This document shows positions 28,220 through 38,131 of a stretch of 64,000 nucleotides of DNA, piece by piece. Each line of letters begins with the position of its first letter. Within the stretch, counting starts at the first letter, position 1. Where the stretch lies: positions 4,032,001 to 4,096,000 of the forward strand of contig CAXXLZ010000002.1 in NCBI GenBank assembly GCA_963675595.2, in the 5' to 3' direction. The position numbers and the translations under genes were made by a program. This stretch comes from Thermodesulfobacteriota bacterium. GTDB taxonomy: Bacteria > Desulfobacterota > Desulfarculia > JACQYL01. Under the pieces are notes generated by a model that searched no databases, was not told where the DNA came from, and saw nothing but the letters and a program-made list of their open reading frames with translations.

Positions 28220-29449
28220 GTGATGAAAACGGAGACGAAGCTGAGGGGAAAGAAGGTCGTTCTTTGCGTCAGTGGTGGAATCGCCGCGTACAAGTCCGCG
28301 TTTCTGACCAGGGAATTGATGAAGAGAGGCGCCTTGGTCAAGGTTGTGATGACTCGTTCCGCCCAAGAGTTTGTCACTCCGTTGACTTTCCGTACGTTGA
28401 CCGAAGAGGAAGTGGTCCTGGACACGTTTCAGGAGACGGCCGGAGAGATACTGCACATCGCATTGGCTCGTTGGGCGGATTTGGTGGTGGTGGCGCCGGC
28501 CACCGCCAATGTCATCGGGAAAATGGCGCTGGGCATTGCGGATGATTTCCTGTCGACGTTCATGCTCGCGGTTCGGGCGCCCATTCTGGTTTGTCCCGCC
28601 ATGAACACCAATATGCTGACTCATCCCGCCGTTGAGAACAATATGGAAACGTTGCGGCAAAGGGGGGTGCGGATTTCGGCTCCCGGAGTCGGGAAGCTGG
28701 CCTGCAAGGAAGAGGGTGCGGGGCGACTGGCGGACGTGTCCGACATCATGGAAGAAATCGAGTGCATGCTCAATCCGCAGGATTTGAAAGGCGTTCGTTT
28801 CCTGATAACGGCAAGTCGTACGGAAGAATATTTTGACCCGGTGCGGTGTTTGACGAATCGTTCGTCGGGCAAGATGGGATTCGCCGTGGCCGTGGCCGCT
28901 CGGCGGAGAGGCGGGGAAGTTTGTCTCATCTCCGGACCGTCGGACGAACCGGATCCCGCCGGCGTGGAGATGGTAAGGGTGGTGAGCGCCCTCGACATGA
29001 GGGAGGCCGTATTGAACCGGTTCGCCGTGAACCATGTGGTGATCAAGGCTGCCGCGGTGTCCGACTTCCGACCGGCGCTCCCGCAGTCGGATCGCAAAAT
29101 CAAGCGCGGAGAGGCTGAACCGTTGATCAGGTTGGAGATGAATCCGGACATCCTGGCGGAGTTGGGGCGCTTGAAGACCCATCAATGCCTGGTGGGATTC
29201 GCCGCGGAGACCACGGACCTCCTGGAGAACGCCATGAGCAAGATTCGGTCGAAACAACTGGATTTCATCGTGGCCAATGATGTTTCCGAGAAGGGAAGCG
29301 GCTTCCGGAGCGAAACAAACCGGGTGAAGATCATTGACCGGGACGGTGCGGTGGAAACGCTTCCAATGATGGACAAGATTGAGGTGGGCCATGAGATTCT
29401 GAGCCGCGTGCGCAGATGGCTCGACCTTGGAAAAGCCGTTTCCGGCTGA
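28220..29449 (+). CDS. coaBC: Phosphopantothenoylcysteine decarboxylase/ligase
   Basis: 'GGIAAYK', 'APATAN', 'PAMN', 'LACKEEGAGR', 'NRSSGKMG', 'GFAAET'. Confidence 0.96.
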   Translation: MMKTETKLRGKKVVLCVSGGIAAYKSAFLTRELMKRGALVKVVMTRSAQEFVTPLTFRTLTEEEVVLDTFQETAGEILHIALARWADLVVVAPATANVIGKMALGIADDFLSTFMLAVRAPILVCPAMNTNMLTHPAVENNMETLRQRGVRISAPGVGKLACKEEGAGRLADVSDIMEEIECMLNPQDLKGVRFLITASRTEEYFDPVRCLTNRSSGKMGFAVAVAARRRGGEVCLISGPSDEPDPAGVEMVRVVSALDMREAVLNRFAVNHVVIKAAAVSDFRPALPQSDRKIKRGEAEPLIRLEMNPDILAELGRLKTHQCLVGFAAETTDLLENAMSKIRSKQLDFIVANDVSEKGSGFRSETNRVKIIDRDGAVETLPMMDKIEVGHEILSRVRRWLDLGKAVSG

Positions 29450-29481
29450 ATGACGTTTCTCTATCCCGGCTGAGGGCCCAA

Positions 29482-30165
29482 ATGGATTCCGGAACGAACA
29501 GGCTCCTGCATTTCTATCGGGCCATGGGTGTTCGAGAGCTGTTCATCCCTCCCGACATCATGGAAAGGTTCAGGAATGAAGCCCCGGCGCAAACCGTTTC
29601 GGCTTCCCCGCGGAGCCTGGAAGAGCTGAAGCGGCAATGGGCCGGGTGCACGCGCTGTCGTCTGGCGGAAGGACGAAAGCATCTGGTGTTCGGTGAGGGC
29701 GATCCCAAAGCCCGCCTCATGTTCGTGGGAGAGGGACCGGGCCGTGACGAAGACTTGATGGGAAGGCCTTTCGTGGGGGCTGCGGGCGAGTTGCTGACCA
29801 AAATCATCCAGGCCATGGGATTGGATCGGACCCGGGTATATATCACCAACATCGTTAAGTGCCGACCCCCGAGAAACCGCACGCCTTTCGACGATGAGAT
29901 CGGCGCCTGCGAACCTTGCCTGTTGAGTCAGATCCAGTTGATTCAGCCGGAAATCATCTGTGCGCTGGGGGCACCCGCGGCGCAAACCCTGTTGCATACC
30001 GACGCTCCCATTTCCACCATGAGAGGCCGGTTCCACGACGTCGATGGAATCCGTCTCATGCCCACCTATCATCCGGCCTACCTCCTCAGGACCCCGGCGA
30101 AAAAGCGGGAGGTTTGGGAAGACGTGCAACTCATCATGGGCGCGCTTGGCTTGAATGCCCCTTGA
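29482..30165 (+). CDS. Uracil-DNA glycosylase family 4
   Basis: 'CTRC' Fe-S ligands, 'GEGPG', 'GRPFVG', 'KCRPP.NR', 'TYHPAYLL'. Confidence 0.93.
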   Translation: MDSGTNRLLHFYRAMGVRELFIPPDIMERFRNEAPAQTVSASPRSLEELKRQWAGCTRCRLAEGRKHLVFGEGDPKARLMFVGEGPGRDEDLMGRPFVGAAGELLTKIIQAMGLDRTRVYITNIVKCRPPRNRTPFDDEIGACEPCLLSQIQLIQPEIICALGAPAAQTLLHTDAPISTMRGRFHDVDGIRLMPTYHPAYLLRTPAKKREVWEDVQLIMGALGLNAP

Positions 30166-30184
30166 TCGGTCGGAGGCCGATTCG

Positions 30185-31501
30185 ATGGGAACTCACAGCG
30201 GCAAAGTCGGACAATTCATAGTGTTCGGTCTGGCACTGGCTTTCGCGCTTTGCACCCCGTGCGCGGCCGAGTCTTCGACACGCGCGGTGCATGTGATGCG
30301 GGTCGTGGGCAGCATCAATCCGGGTGTCGCCATCTTCGTTGAACGGGCCGTGGCAGACGCTGAAGAGGCGGACGCGGAATGCCTGATCATCATGCTGGAT
30401 ACCCCGGGCGGCTTGGCCGATTCCATGCGGGCCATCGTCCAAAGCATGCTGGAATCCACCGTGGTGGTCGTGGTGTATGTGGCACCCGCGGGGGCGAGGG
30501 CGGCCAGCGCCGGAGTGGTGATTACTCTCGCGGCCCACGTGGCGGCCATGGCTCCGGGAACGAATATCGGGGCGGCCCACCCGGTGCCTGCGGGCGGGGG
30601 TAAAATGGATGAGACCATGTCGAAGAAAGTTGAAAACGACATGGTCGCCTATGTCCGAAGCATTGCGGAAGAGAAGGGGCGCAACGCCGACTGGGCGGAA
30701 AAAGCGGTGCGGGAAAGCGTGTCCATCACCGCCGAGGAAGCTCTGAAAAAGAAAGTGGTGGACCTGAGGGCCAACGACCTGGACGATCTACTGAAACAGC
30801 TGGACGGCCGAACCGTGAGTATTTTGTCTGAACGCAAGGTTCTGAAGACTTCGAAGGCCGAAGTGGTCCGGGTGGAGGAAGAACTCAGGGAAAAGATTCT
30901 TCGAACCATTGCCGATCCGAATATCGCGTACATTCTCATGATGTTGGGGTTCGTGGGTCTTTATTTCGAACTTTCGAGCCCGGGAGCCATCTTCCCGGGA
31001 ATCGTCGGAGCCGTGTCCTTGATCCTCGCGTTTTTCGCTTTTCAGACGTTGCCCGTCAACTATGCCGGCATTTTGCTGATTCTGTTGGGGCTTGTTTTGT
31101 TTGTCCTGGAACTCAAGGTGGTGAGTTTCGGGATGCTTACCGTGGGCGGAATTTCGTGCCTGGTATTGGGCTCTCTTTTCCTCTTCAAGGGCGACGACAT
31201 GGGACTGATCCGGGTATCCTGGGGCGTGCTGCTGGCCACGGTGGCCGTGGTCACCCTGTTTTTTACCGTGGTGGTGGGTTTGGTGGTGCGCGCCATGTTG
31301 AGGAAACCCGTCACGGGCTCATCCGGCCTGATGGGTGAGTTGGGCCAAGTCACCCGCACCGCGGCGTCGGGCGAGTTCAAGATTTTCGTTCACGGAGAAA
31401 CGTGGGACGCAGACGGTCCGGAGGACCTCGCCGTGGGCGACAAAGTGGAAGTGACCGAAGTGACGGGGTTGCGCCTGAGAGTCAGGAAAGCGAATCGCTG
31501 A
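30185..31501 (+). CDS. NfeD-family membrane protease (long form)
   Basis: 'LDTPGG', 'AASAG', 'TNIGAAHP', TM region, C-terminal OB fold 'VHGETW'. Confidence 0.92.
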   Translation: MGTHSGKVGQFIVFGLALAFALCTPCAAESSTRAVHVMRVVGSINPGVAIFVERAVADAEEADAECLIIMLDTPGGLADSMRAIVQSMLESTVVVVVYVAPAGARAASAGVVITLAAHVAAMAPGTNIGAAHPVPAGGGKMDETMSKKVENDMVAYVRSIAEEKGRNADWAEKAVRESVSITAEEALKKKVVDLRANDLDDLLKQLDGRTVSILSERKVLKTSKAEVVRVEEELREKILRTIADPNIAYILMMLGFVGLYFELSSPGAIFPGIVGAVSLILAFFAFQTLPVNYAGILLILLGLVLFVLELKVVSFGMLTVGGISCLVLGSLFLFKGDDMGLIRVSWGVLLATVAVVTLFFTVVVGLVVRAMLRKPVTGSSGLMGELGQVTRTAASGEFKIFVHGETWDADGPEDLAVGDKVEVTEVTGLRLRVRKANR

Positions 31502-31570
31502 CAGGCGGCGAATCATCGAATACCCGGGTCCGTCACGGCATTGGCGACCCCGGGAAGTGGAGGGTGAAGG

Positions 31571-32338
31571 ATGGCCACGTATATGTTCGGATTGATCCTT
31601 TTCCTGTTGATCATGTTCTTGGCTTCCGCGTTGAAGGTGCTGCGGGAGTACGAAAGGGCGGTGGTGTTTCGTCTCGGGAGACTCATTGCGGCCAAGGGCC
31701 CGGGCCTCATCATACTGATCCCGGTGGTCGATCGTATGGTGAAGGTCAGCCTGAGAATGGTGGCCATGGACGTCCCCCCTCAGGACGTGATCACACGGGA
31801 CAACGTGTCGGTAAAAGTCAACGCCGTGGTTTACTTCAGAGTGATGGAGCCGACCAAAGCCGTGGTCGACGTGGAGGATTATCTCTTCGCCACCTCACAA
31901 CTGGCCCAGACCACGCTGCGAAGCGTTTGCGGCCAGGCCATGATGGACGACCTGCTGTCCGAGAGAGACAAGATCAATCACGAGCTCCAGAGTATTCTGG
32001 ACAAGCACACGGATCCATGGGGCATCAAAGTATCCACTGTGGAAGTGAAGCACATCGATCTTCCCACGGAAATGCAACGAGCCATGGCTCGGCAGGCGGA
32101 GGCGGAGAGGGATCGGCGAGCCAAAGTCATCTCTGCGGAGGCCGAGTTCCAGGCGTCCAAGAAACTCACGGAAGCGGCCGAGATTCTCGGCGCTCACCCC
32201 ATGGCGCTTCAACTTCGCTATCTACAGACCCTGACTACCATTGCCGCGGAAAACAATTCCACCACGATCTTCCCCATCCCCATCGAACTTTTTGAACCTT
32301 TCAGAAAAATGGTTGCACAGGGAAGCAAAAACGATTAA
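31571..32338 (+). CDS. Slipin/stomatin (SPFH) protein
   Basis: '[11 protein letters not shown]', '[12 protein letters not shown]', 'AQTTLRS', 'QLRYLQTL'; follows nfeD. Confidence 0.94.
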   Translation: MATYMFGLILFLLIMFLASALKVLREYERAVVFRLGRLIAAKGPGLIILIPVVDRMVKVSLRMVAMDVPPQDVITRDNVSVKVNAVVYFRVMEPTKAVVDVEDYLFATSQLAQTTLRSVCGQAMMDDLLSERDKINHELQSILDKHTDPWGIKVSTVEVKHIDLPTEMQRAMARQAEAERDRRAKVISAEAEFQASKKLTEAAEILGAHPMALQLRYLQTLTTIAAENNSTTIFPIPIELFEPFRKMVAQGSKND

Positions 32339-32391
32339 TTAAAGAACCCCGATTCAAAACCGAGATCGGCAATACTGAGGAGGACTTGCAA

Positions 32392-32709
32392 GTGTCTGAT
32401 AATTTGAGTGCTTTGGATAAGATGACCGTCAAGGATCTGCGAAATCTTGCACTTCAGGTGGGGAACATTCTCGGCGTCCACGCCATGAAGAAAGAAGAAC
32501 TGCTGGAAGCCATCAAAGAGGCCAAGGGGATTACCGAGGACAGCACCGTGGACTCCATTCGGGCCGAGGCGAACCGACGCTTGAAGACAAAAATGGGCAC
32601 GCTCAGGACCAAGAAAGAAGAAGCGCGGGAAGCGGGCGACAAGAAGACGGTGAAGACCCTTCAACGAAGAATCAACCGACTCAAGAAACGAACCCGCAAA
32701 GCGGCCTGA
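32392..32709 (+). CDS. Rho termination factor N-terminal domain small basic protein
   Basis: 'LDKMTVKDLR...MKKEELLEAI'; GAGGAGG RBS before GTG. Confidence 0.75.
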   Translation: MSDNLSALDKMTVKDLRNLALQVGNILGVHAMKKEELLEAIKEAKGITEDSTVDSIRAEANRRLKTKMGTLRTKKEEAREAGDKKTVKTLQRRINRLKKRTRKAA

Positions 32710-32716
32710 CGGGCTG

Positions 32717-33277
32717 ATGAAGCTTTCTCGCGACGCGGCCGTCGAGCTGCTGAAGAAACATACCAGTCAGGAAAATCTCTATAAGCACGCCGTTGCGACC
32801 GAAGCCGTCATGCGGGCTTTGGCGGGTCGAATGGGCGAAGAGCCCGACCATTGGGGCATCGTGGGGCTTCTCCACGATTTGGATTACGACCAGACTAAAG
32901 ACTCGCCCGAGCGGCACACTCTGGTGGCCGAGCCCTGGCTCCGGGAGGCGGGCCTGAGTGAAGAGGACATTCGTACGATTCAGGCTCACAACGCGGAAGC
33001 TTTGAACCTGGAGCGGCGGACGCCTATTGAGTTGGCCCTCACGTGCGCCGAGACGATGACCGGCATGGTCATTGCCACGGCGCTGGTCTATCCGGACAAG
33101 CGAATCCGGAGCGTCAAGCCCAAGTCCGTGATCAAGCGGATGAAAGAGAGTCATTTCGCTCGGAGCGTCAATCGGGATCATATCCGGTTGTGCGAAAGCC
33201 TGGGTATGTCGCTGGAGGAATTCACCGTCCTCAGTATCGAGGCCATGAGCGGCGTGTCCGACGTTCTCGGCTTGTGA
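32717..33277 (+). CDS. HD-domain (HDIG-type) hydrolase
   Basis: 'KHAVATEAVM', 'GLLHDLDY', 'AHN', 'FARSVNR'. Confidence 0.88.
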   Translation: MKLSRDAAVELLKKHTSQENLYKHAVATEAVMRALAGRMGEEPDHWGIVGLLHDLDYDQTKDSPERHTLVAEPWLREAGLSEEDIRTIQAHNAEALNLERRTPIELALTCAETMTGMVIATALVYPDKRIRSVKPKSVIKRMKESHFARSVNRDHIRLCESLGMSLEEFTVLSIEAMSGVSDVLGL

Positions 33278-33756
33278 AGCGCAACGGAACCTCTCTCTTT
33301 TCGGGCTCCCGGATGCCCCCGCCTCCGTAACACGAAGGAAATCTCGGCTCGTGTCGATTCCCATGGAGAGGCCTTCTTTCATGCCGAGCCGGAAAGGCCG
33401 GTCACACTTCATCAACTCACATCCTCCCGGGTTCCCGGGTCGTTCCGTCGGGTCCCACCGTACCCATCACCTTCGTAGACGGAAACGCAGAGGGGCCAAC
33501 CTCAGTTGTGAACTCCCCCATCCGCCCTTCGGCAAACCGTTTGTCCTTTGATCCGTTAATGCCATAGAATAATTAACAGGTTCGAACGGAATCGAGCATC
33601 TTCTCGAGTCCAACAAACGTGTTCGGCCGATCCATACCGATTCCGGGCCCGACGCCCCTTTGCGAAGGCGATGCCGATGAGGGCTCGGACTTGTGTGCGC
33701 ACGATGGAAGCGTGGAGATGGGCGGACGGCCTGTAACGGTTGAGGGGGAATGAAAC

Positions 33757-34260
33757 ATGGCCAAATGGACCCACGTGGGGACAATGCTGGTTTTGTTGTG
33801 CCTGTTCGGCGCCATGGGTTGCGCCCACGGCCTGAAGCAGGATGCCAAAGCCATGGTGGACTTTGAAGGGACTTCTCTCGAAGTGCAACAGTCGCCGGAC
33901 GAATTCATCGGCAGGGTGGTGGAATGGGGCGGGCGTATCATCGAGACGCGGGTCGAGGCCGACGCCACGGAGATCCTGGTGCTGCAATATCCCTTGGGAT
34001 ACGATGACCGGCCGTCGCCGTCGGACGAATACCGGGGGAGGTTCGTGATTCGGTCCGCCGAGTTTCTCGATCCCGCATTGTTGGAAAAGGAAAAACTTGT
34101 GAGCGTCGTGGGCGAATTGACCGAAGTCGTGCCGGCGCTGATCGGAGAAAAGAAGGTGCTTTACCCGGTGCTTCGGCCTTTGGACCTGAAAGTCTGGGAG
34201 CCCGTGAAGGACAACGAGCCGAGAATCCATTTCGGCATTGGAATAGGCACCTGGTTATAG
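33757..34260 (+). CDS. Slp family outer-membrane lipoprotein
   Basis: Lipobox 'MGC', 'VEWGGRII', 'GRFV...FLDP'. Confidence 0.88.
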   Translation: MAKWTHVGTMLVLLCLFGAMGCAHGLKQDAKAMVDFEGTSLEVQQSPDEFIGRVVEWGGRIIETRVEADATEILVLQYPLGYDDRPSPSDEYRGRFVIRSAEFLDPALLEKEKLVSVVGELTEVVPALIGEKKVLYPVLRPLDLKVWEPVKDNEPRIHFGIGIGTWL

Positions 34261-34269
34261 GAGGGGGCC

Positions 34270-34803
34270 ATGCAACGATTGGGCGCAATCTTCGCCGCGG
34301 CCGTTCTGCTGTTTGTTCTTGGAGTGGGCTGCTCGGCCGTTTCGAAGGAGCATCGCTTGGAGGCCGAACCGCGGATCCCGTTCAAGGAAACGGCGGCTCA
34401 TCCCGACCGTCATCGAGGGGATATGGTCATCCTGGGCGGGTACATACTCGAAGTGCGGAACGAGCAAGAGGCGACTTTTTTCGTGGTGCTCGAGACTCCC
34501 CTTGATTTCAACGACGAGCCCGGCGAGAAGGACCGATCCGAAGGCCGATTCGTGGTCGAGCATGAGGGGTTCCTCGACCCCGAAATCTATTCCAAAGACC
34601 GCAAGATCACCGTGGCGGGGACGGTGAAAGGGACCGAAAGTGTCCATGTCGGGGAGAAATCCTTGACCGTGCCTTTGGTGGAAAGCCGCCAATTGATTCT
34701 ATGGCCGGTGCGGGAACCCAGAGATTATTACGGTTATCCCGATTATTATTTTCCATACTACTGGGGATATTACGGTTGGCCCTATCCCTACGGGTATTGG
34801 TAA
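34270..34803 (+). CDS. Slp family lipoprotein with Tyr-rich tail
   Basis: Lipobox 'VGC', 'LGGYIL', 'GRFVV..GFLDPEIY', 'ITVAG'. Confidence 0.88.
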   Translation: MQRLGAIFAAAVLLFVLGVGCSAVSKEHRLEAEPRIPFKETAAHPDRHRGDMVILGGYILEVRNEQEATFFVVLETPLDFNDEPGEKDRSEGRFVVEHEGFLDPEIYSKDRKITVAGTVKGTESVHVGEKSLTVPLVESRQLILWPVREPRDYYGYPDYYFPYYWGYYGWPYPYGYW

Positions 34804-34811
34804 ACACGTCG

Positions 34812-36152
34812 TTATCGGCCGGCGGTCTTTTTCTTCCGAAGAACGACGTGCTCCAGAAGAAGCACGGAGACGATCCCCACGACCAGACCGTTTCCCACGA
34901 GCACGCGTAGTGAAAGGGGCAACAGTTGCAGGAAGTTCTCCGGCATGATGGAAGCCGCGGTTCCTAAAAGCAAGGGGACGCCCACCACGTAATAGTCCTT
35001 GGAGGAGACTTCGCGGCCTCCCTTGAATATGATGGACATGCCCACCATGACCTGGGAGCCCATGATGACGAAGAGAGCGGCGCCCACAACCGCCAGGGGG
35101 ATGGAAGCCAACAAGGCCGTGATCTTTCCCGAAAACGCCAACGCCGTGACGAGAAGTCCGCACGCGGTCAAGGGAAAGCGGCTTGCCACTCGCGTGGCGA
35201 ACACCACTCCGGGGCTTACGGCATAACTCACCGTGCCGAGTGAAGGCATGAAACCGGAAAGGATACCGCCGATTCCGGTGAAACCGATGCCCCGATCCAG
35301 TCTTTGTTCCAGGCTGTCGTCTCCCACCACTTCCGCTATGCTGTAGACGCTTCCCACCTCATTGGCGAGCACGGCGAGGTACGCGAAAAGGAACGTGATT
35401 ACGCTCACGGGGTGGAATTGGGGAGCGGGGCCGAGGAGGGGGGTCGGGAGGCTCAACCAGGGGTCGACGGCCAGTGACGTCGGGACTCGAAACTCTCCGA
35501 TGAGGCCCATGAGGCCGGTTCCCACCACGACGGTCCATAAAAAGGAATAGCTTTGATGGACGCCCTTTAAATAGGTTGAAAACAGGATCATGATGAGCAT
35601 CACCAGGATGGATACTCCCATGATCAGCGGCGACCCCGAAGGGTGTTCCGAAGTCTTCCCCAGCACCAGGGGAAGCAGGAACGGGATTAAGGACATGGGG
35701 ATCAAAGCGGTAATCACGCCCACGACGCGGTCGGTGAAAAGTCTCGCGACATGACGAAAGAGACGGGAAAAACCCAGCAGACCGAGCAGCAGACCCCCGC
35801 AAAGGAAGCCGCCGCCGATGGCGGCCGACCCTAAAGGGGCGAGCGTGATCAAGGTGAGCATGACCACGCTGGAGGGACCGTCGATAAGCGGATACCTGTG
35901 GCCCCACAACGTCTGAAACACCATGAGCACGCCTGAAACGAGGAGGATACGGCCCATGAAGGCCGATCGGGCGGCCGTATCGTAGTCCAGCACTCCGGCG
36001 ACCACTCCGGCGGAAACCGTGATGGTGGGCAGAAACAAGAGTGCCCATTGGCTCCCGTAAAGGAGCGTCTTAATGAGCGAGGGACGGTCGTCGACACGGA
36101 AAAGCAGGTCGTACCCGGAAGCCTTGGGAGGCGGAGTCGGAGAAACGGGCAT
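34812..36152 (-). CDS. Xanthine/uracil (NCS2) permease
   Basis: 'VDDRP', 'QTLWGHRYPLIDGPS', 'TRVASR', many TM helices. Confidence 0.85.
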   Translation of the reverse strand: MPVSPTPPPKASGYDLLFRVDDRPSLIKTLLYGSQWALLFLPTITVSAGVVAGVLDYDTAARSAFMGRILLVSGVLMVFQTLWGHRYPLIDGPSSVVMLTLITLAPLGSAAIGGGFLCGGLLLGLLGFSRLFRHVARLFTDRVVGVITALIPMSLIPFLLPLVLGKTSEHPSGSPLIMGVSILVMLIMILFSTYLKGVHQSYSFLWTVVVGTGLMGLIGEFRVPTSLAVDPWLSLPTPLLGPAPQFHPVSVITFLFAYLAVLANEVGSVYSIAEVVGDDSLEQRLDRGIGFTGIGGILSGFMPSLGTVSYAVSPGVVFATRVASRFPLTACGLLVTALAFSGKITALLASIPLAVVGAALFVIMGSQVMVGMSIIFKGGREVSSKDYYVVGVPLLLGTAASIMPENFLQLLPLSLRVLVGNGLVVGIVSVLLLEHVVLRKKKTAGR

Positions 36153-36586
36153 GAGAAAGCCGTCGCTTGTGAAAGAAAGTTGAGGTTGTCCCGATCTTTT
36201 CGGTGGAACGCATTTTACTTGAATCGCGGGGGGAACTCAACGAAGGATGACAGCTGCGCGGTACACGTGGGTTTCCCGAAGCGAAATTCAGCGTCTGGGG
36301 GCTTCCGGGTATCAACGAAGGGCCCCCGAGGTGGTCGTGGACTTCTCCACCGGCGGCCCCGCGATGCATGCCCTGTATTCGTCGAGGGAAATCCGGGCGC
36401 CGGCCTCCTTGAAAAGAGGAAGCCTTTAGGATAGGTAACAACCAGCCGTTGGTCGCGGCGGAATATTCCCCACACGGCGTATCCGCGTGACCTTCTTTCT
36501 TTCCACCGTACGGACGCCGTGTTGCGGGAAGGGAGGCTCTTCTTCTCGAATACGGATTTCCCAAGCACCCATGGATATCATAACCT

Positions 36587-37255
36587 ATGGATGTATCCGC
36601 ATTATCTTCGACGCTGCTTGTATGGATCGTTCGGCTGCCCGTGATCTTGTTCGCCATTACGATTCATGAATACGCTCACGGCCGTGTAGCGTATCATTTT
36701 GGAGATCCCACGGCCCACATGGTCGGCAGGTTGTCCTTCAATCCGTTATCGCATCTGGACCCCATGGGCGCCATTTGCTTCCTCCTGCTGGGCTTCGGCT
36801 GGGCCAAACCCGTACCCATCAATCCCAGGTACTTCAGAAATCCGCGGAGAGACGAAGTCTTGGTGTCTCTCGCGGGTCCCGCCTCGAACATCGTTGTGGC
36901 TCTTATCAGCGGTATGCTGCTCAAGATGCTTCCCCTCGACGGTCAGCAATTCCTCATGGTGTTCTCACAAATGGTGGTGTTGAACGTCGCGTTTGCCGTA
37001 TTCAACCTGCTTCCCATACCTCCTCTGGACGGCTCTCATGTGCTCGAAGGGCTGCTTCCGTACCGACAGGCCGTACGTTACAGGGAATTCGCCCGGTACG
37101 GCCCCATGATTCTGCTGGGAATCTTGTTGCTCGACGGTATCGCGCATGTGGGAATATTCAACGCGATCCTGAGCTACCCGGTAATCTACCTGTCTTATCA
37201 GTTTGGAGGAGCCAAGGTGATCGCCGGACTTCACCTTTTGAGTATGCTCAGGTAG
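36587..37255 (+). CDS. Site-2 protease (M50)
   Basis: 'HEYAH', 'GWAKPVP', 'AGPASN', 'FNLLPIPPLDGS'. Confidence 0.93.
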   Translation: MDVSALSSTLLVWIVRLPVILFAITIHEYAHGRVAYHFGDPTAHMVGRLSFNPLSHLDPMGAICFLLLGFGWAKPVPINPRYFRNPRRDEVLVSLAGPASNIVVALISGMLLKMLPLDGQQFLMVFSQMVVLNVAFAVFNLLPIPPLDGSHVLEGLLPYRQAVRYREFARYGPMILLGILLLDGIAHVGIFNAILSYPVIYLSYQFGGAKVIAGLHLLSMLR

Positions 37256-37329
37256 GAGTGGCACGGAATGGTGTAGCCGGACGAGCAACGGCGGAAAAAC
37301 GGGATTGCTGAAATGGGGGGATCGGGGGA

Positions 37330-37351
37330 GGGGATTCTTTCGGGAATCCCC
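37330..37351. terminator. GC-rich hairpin between convergent genes (REP-like/terminator)
   Basis: GGGGATTC-tttcgg-GAATCCCC inverted repeat between the site-2 protease and MerR stops. Confidence 0.55.
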
Positions 37352-37410
37352 CAGCCCCGGTGAGTTACGAGTCGTGGGTGAATACCGATCGCCGGTTCGG
37401 TTGCGCCGTA

Positions 37411-37848
37411 CTAGGATGCCGGGACGACCGGAAGTTTGATGAAACGGCTTTCCACGTTGTGTTCAAGCACGTAATCAGGATCGAAGTCCCGGTTCATGAA
37501 GACCGCACAACGTTCGCACGGACCCGGACACAGGGTTTCGACCTTTTCCCGAACCTTGTAGCAGGGCATATGGGGGTCGGAGAAAGCGGGACACGATTGT
37601 TTCACTTGGCACCCGAACACGTTCCAGCAAGGCGCCATGACCAAGAGATTTTTCAGCCCGGTCAGCGTAAAACCACGTTGGTGAATGAGGTCGTGAATTC
37701 GCTGCACCTGCAGGACTTCGAAATCCGTGTAGAGTCGGTTGTTGGTGTGAGGGTGACGCTGGGGTTTGATGAACCCCTCCTTTTCGTATTCCCGGATGCG
37801 CTTCTGTGAAAGGTTCACCTTTCGGCTCACGTCATTGATCAGGTACAC
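37411..37848 (-). CDS. MerR family regulator with C-terminal Cys-rich domain
   Basis: GTG after AAGGAG; 'YLINDVS...IREYEKEGFIKPQR...NNRLYT' HTH; C-terminal CW..C..CPA..C..C..CxxC. Confidence 0.87.
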   Translation of the reverse strand: MYLINDVSRKVNLSQKRIREYEKEGFIKPQRHPHTNNRLYTDFEVLQVQRIHDLIHQRGFTLTGLKNLLVMAPCWNVFGCQVKQSCPAFSDPHMPCYKVREKVETLCPGPCERCAVFMNRDFDPDYVLEHNVESRFIKLPVVPAS

Positions 37849-38004
37849 GGGGCTTCTCCTTAGGATATTAATAGCTTGTGTGGAACTCGAGTGACGCGGA
37901 CGGCCCCTCAACCGTTGGGGTGATTCCTCGAACGGGCGTACGGATTCCTTACAGCCAACCCGAATGAGGAGACATGCTCCCCCGGAAGCTGCTATAATGG
38001 TGCT

Positions 38005-38035
38005 ATTCTATACCGTGGCGGGTATACATTGTCAA
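38005..38035 (-). promoter_or_regulatory. MerR-type sigma70 promoter (TTGACA-19 bp-TAGAAT) with dyad operator
   Basis: -35 at 38035-38030, -10 at 38010-38005, 19-bp spacer, inverted repeat TATACC-N6-GGTATA (38009-38026). Confidence 0.65.
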
Positions 38036-38039
38036 AGGT

Positions 38040-38080
38040 AAAAGAAAATCCCCCGGGAGTTTCATGGAAACTCCCGGGGG
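38040..38080 (-). terminator. Intrinsic terminator
   Basis: Perfect 14-bp stem CCCCCGGGAGTTTC/GAAACTCCCGGGGG followed on the minus strand by ATTTTCTTTT. Confidence 0.8.
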
Positions 38081-38131
38081 AACATGAAGAAGGGGAGATA
38101 GGGATTAGCAGAGTTTTTCTCTCTCTGCTGA
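38040..38131 (-). ncRNA. Candidate small RNA (~90 nt)
   Basis: 5' hairpin AGCAGAG/CTCTGCT, CU-rich linker, strong terminator with no upstream minus-strand gene to terminate. Confidence 0.5.

Noticed and set aside
37255-37310. tRNA-like opening 'GGAGTGGCACGGAATGG'
   Set aside because: No T-loop GTTCRA, no acceptor-stem closure, no cloverleaf
37990-37998. Extended -10 TGCTATAAT on the plus strand as the hflX promoter
   Set aside because: Good motif, but ~300 nt from the start and it would run through the merR promoter and the candidate sRNA; cannot be assigned without TSS data
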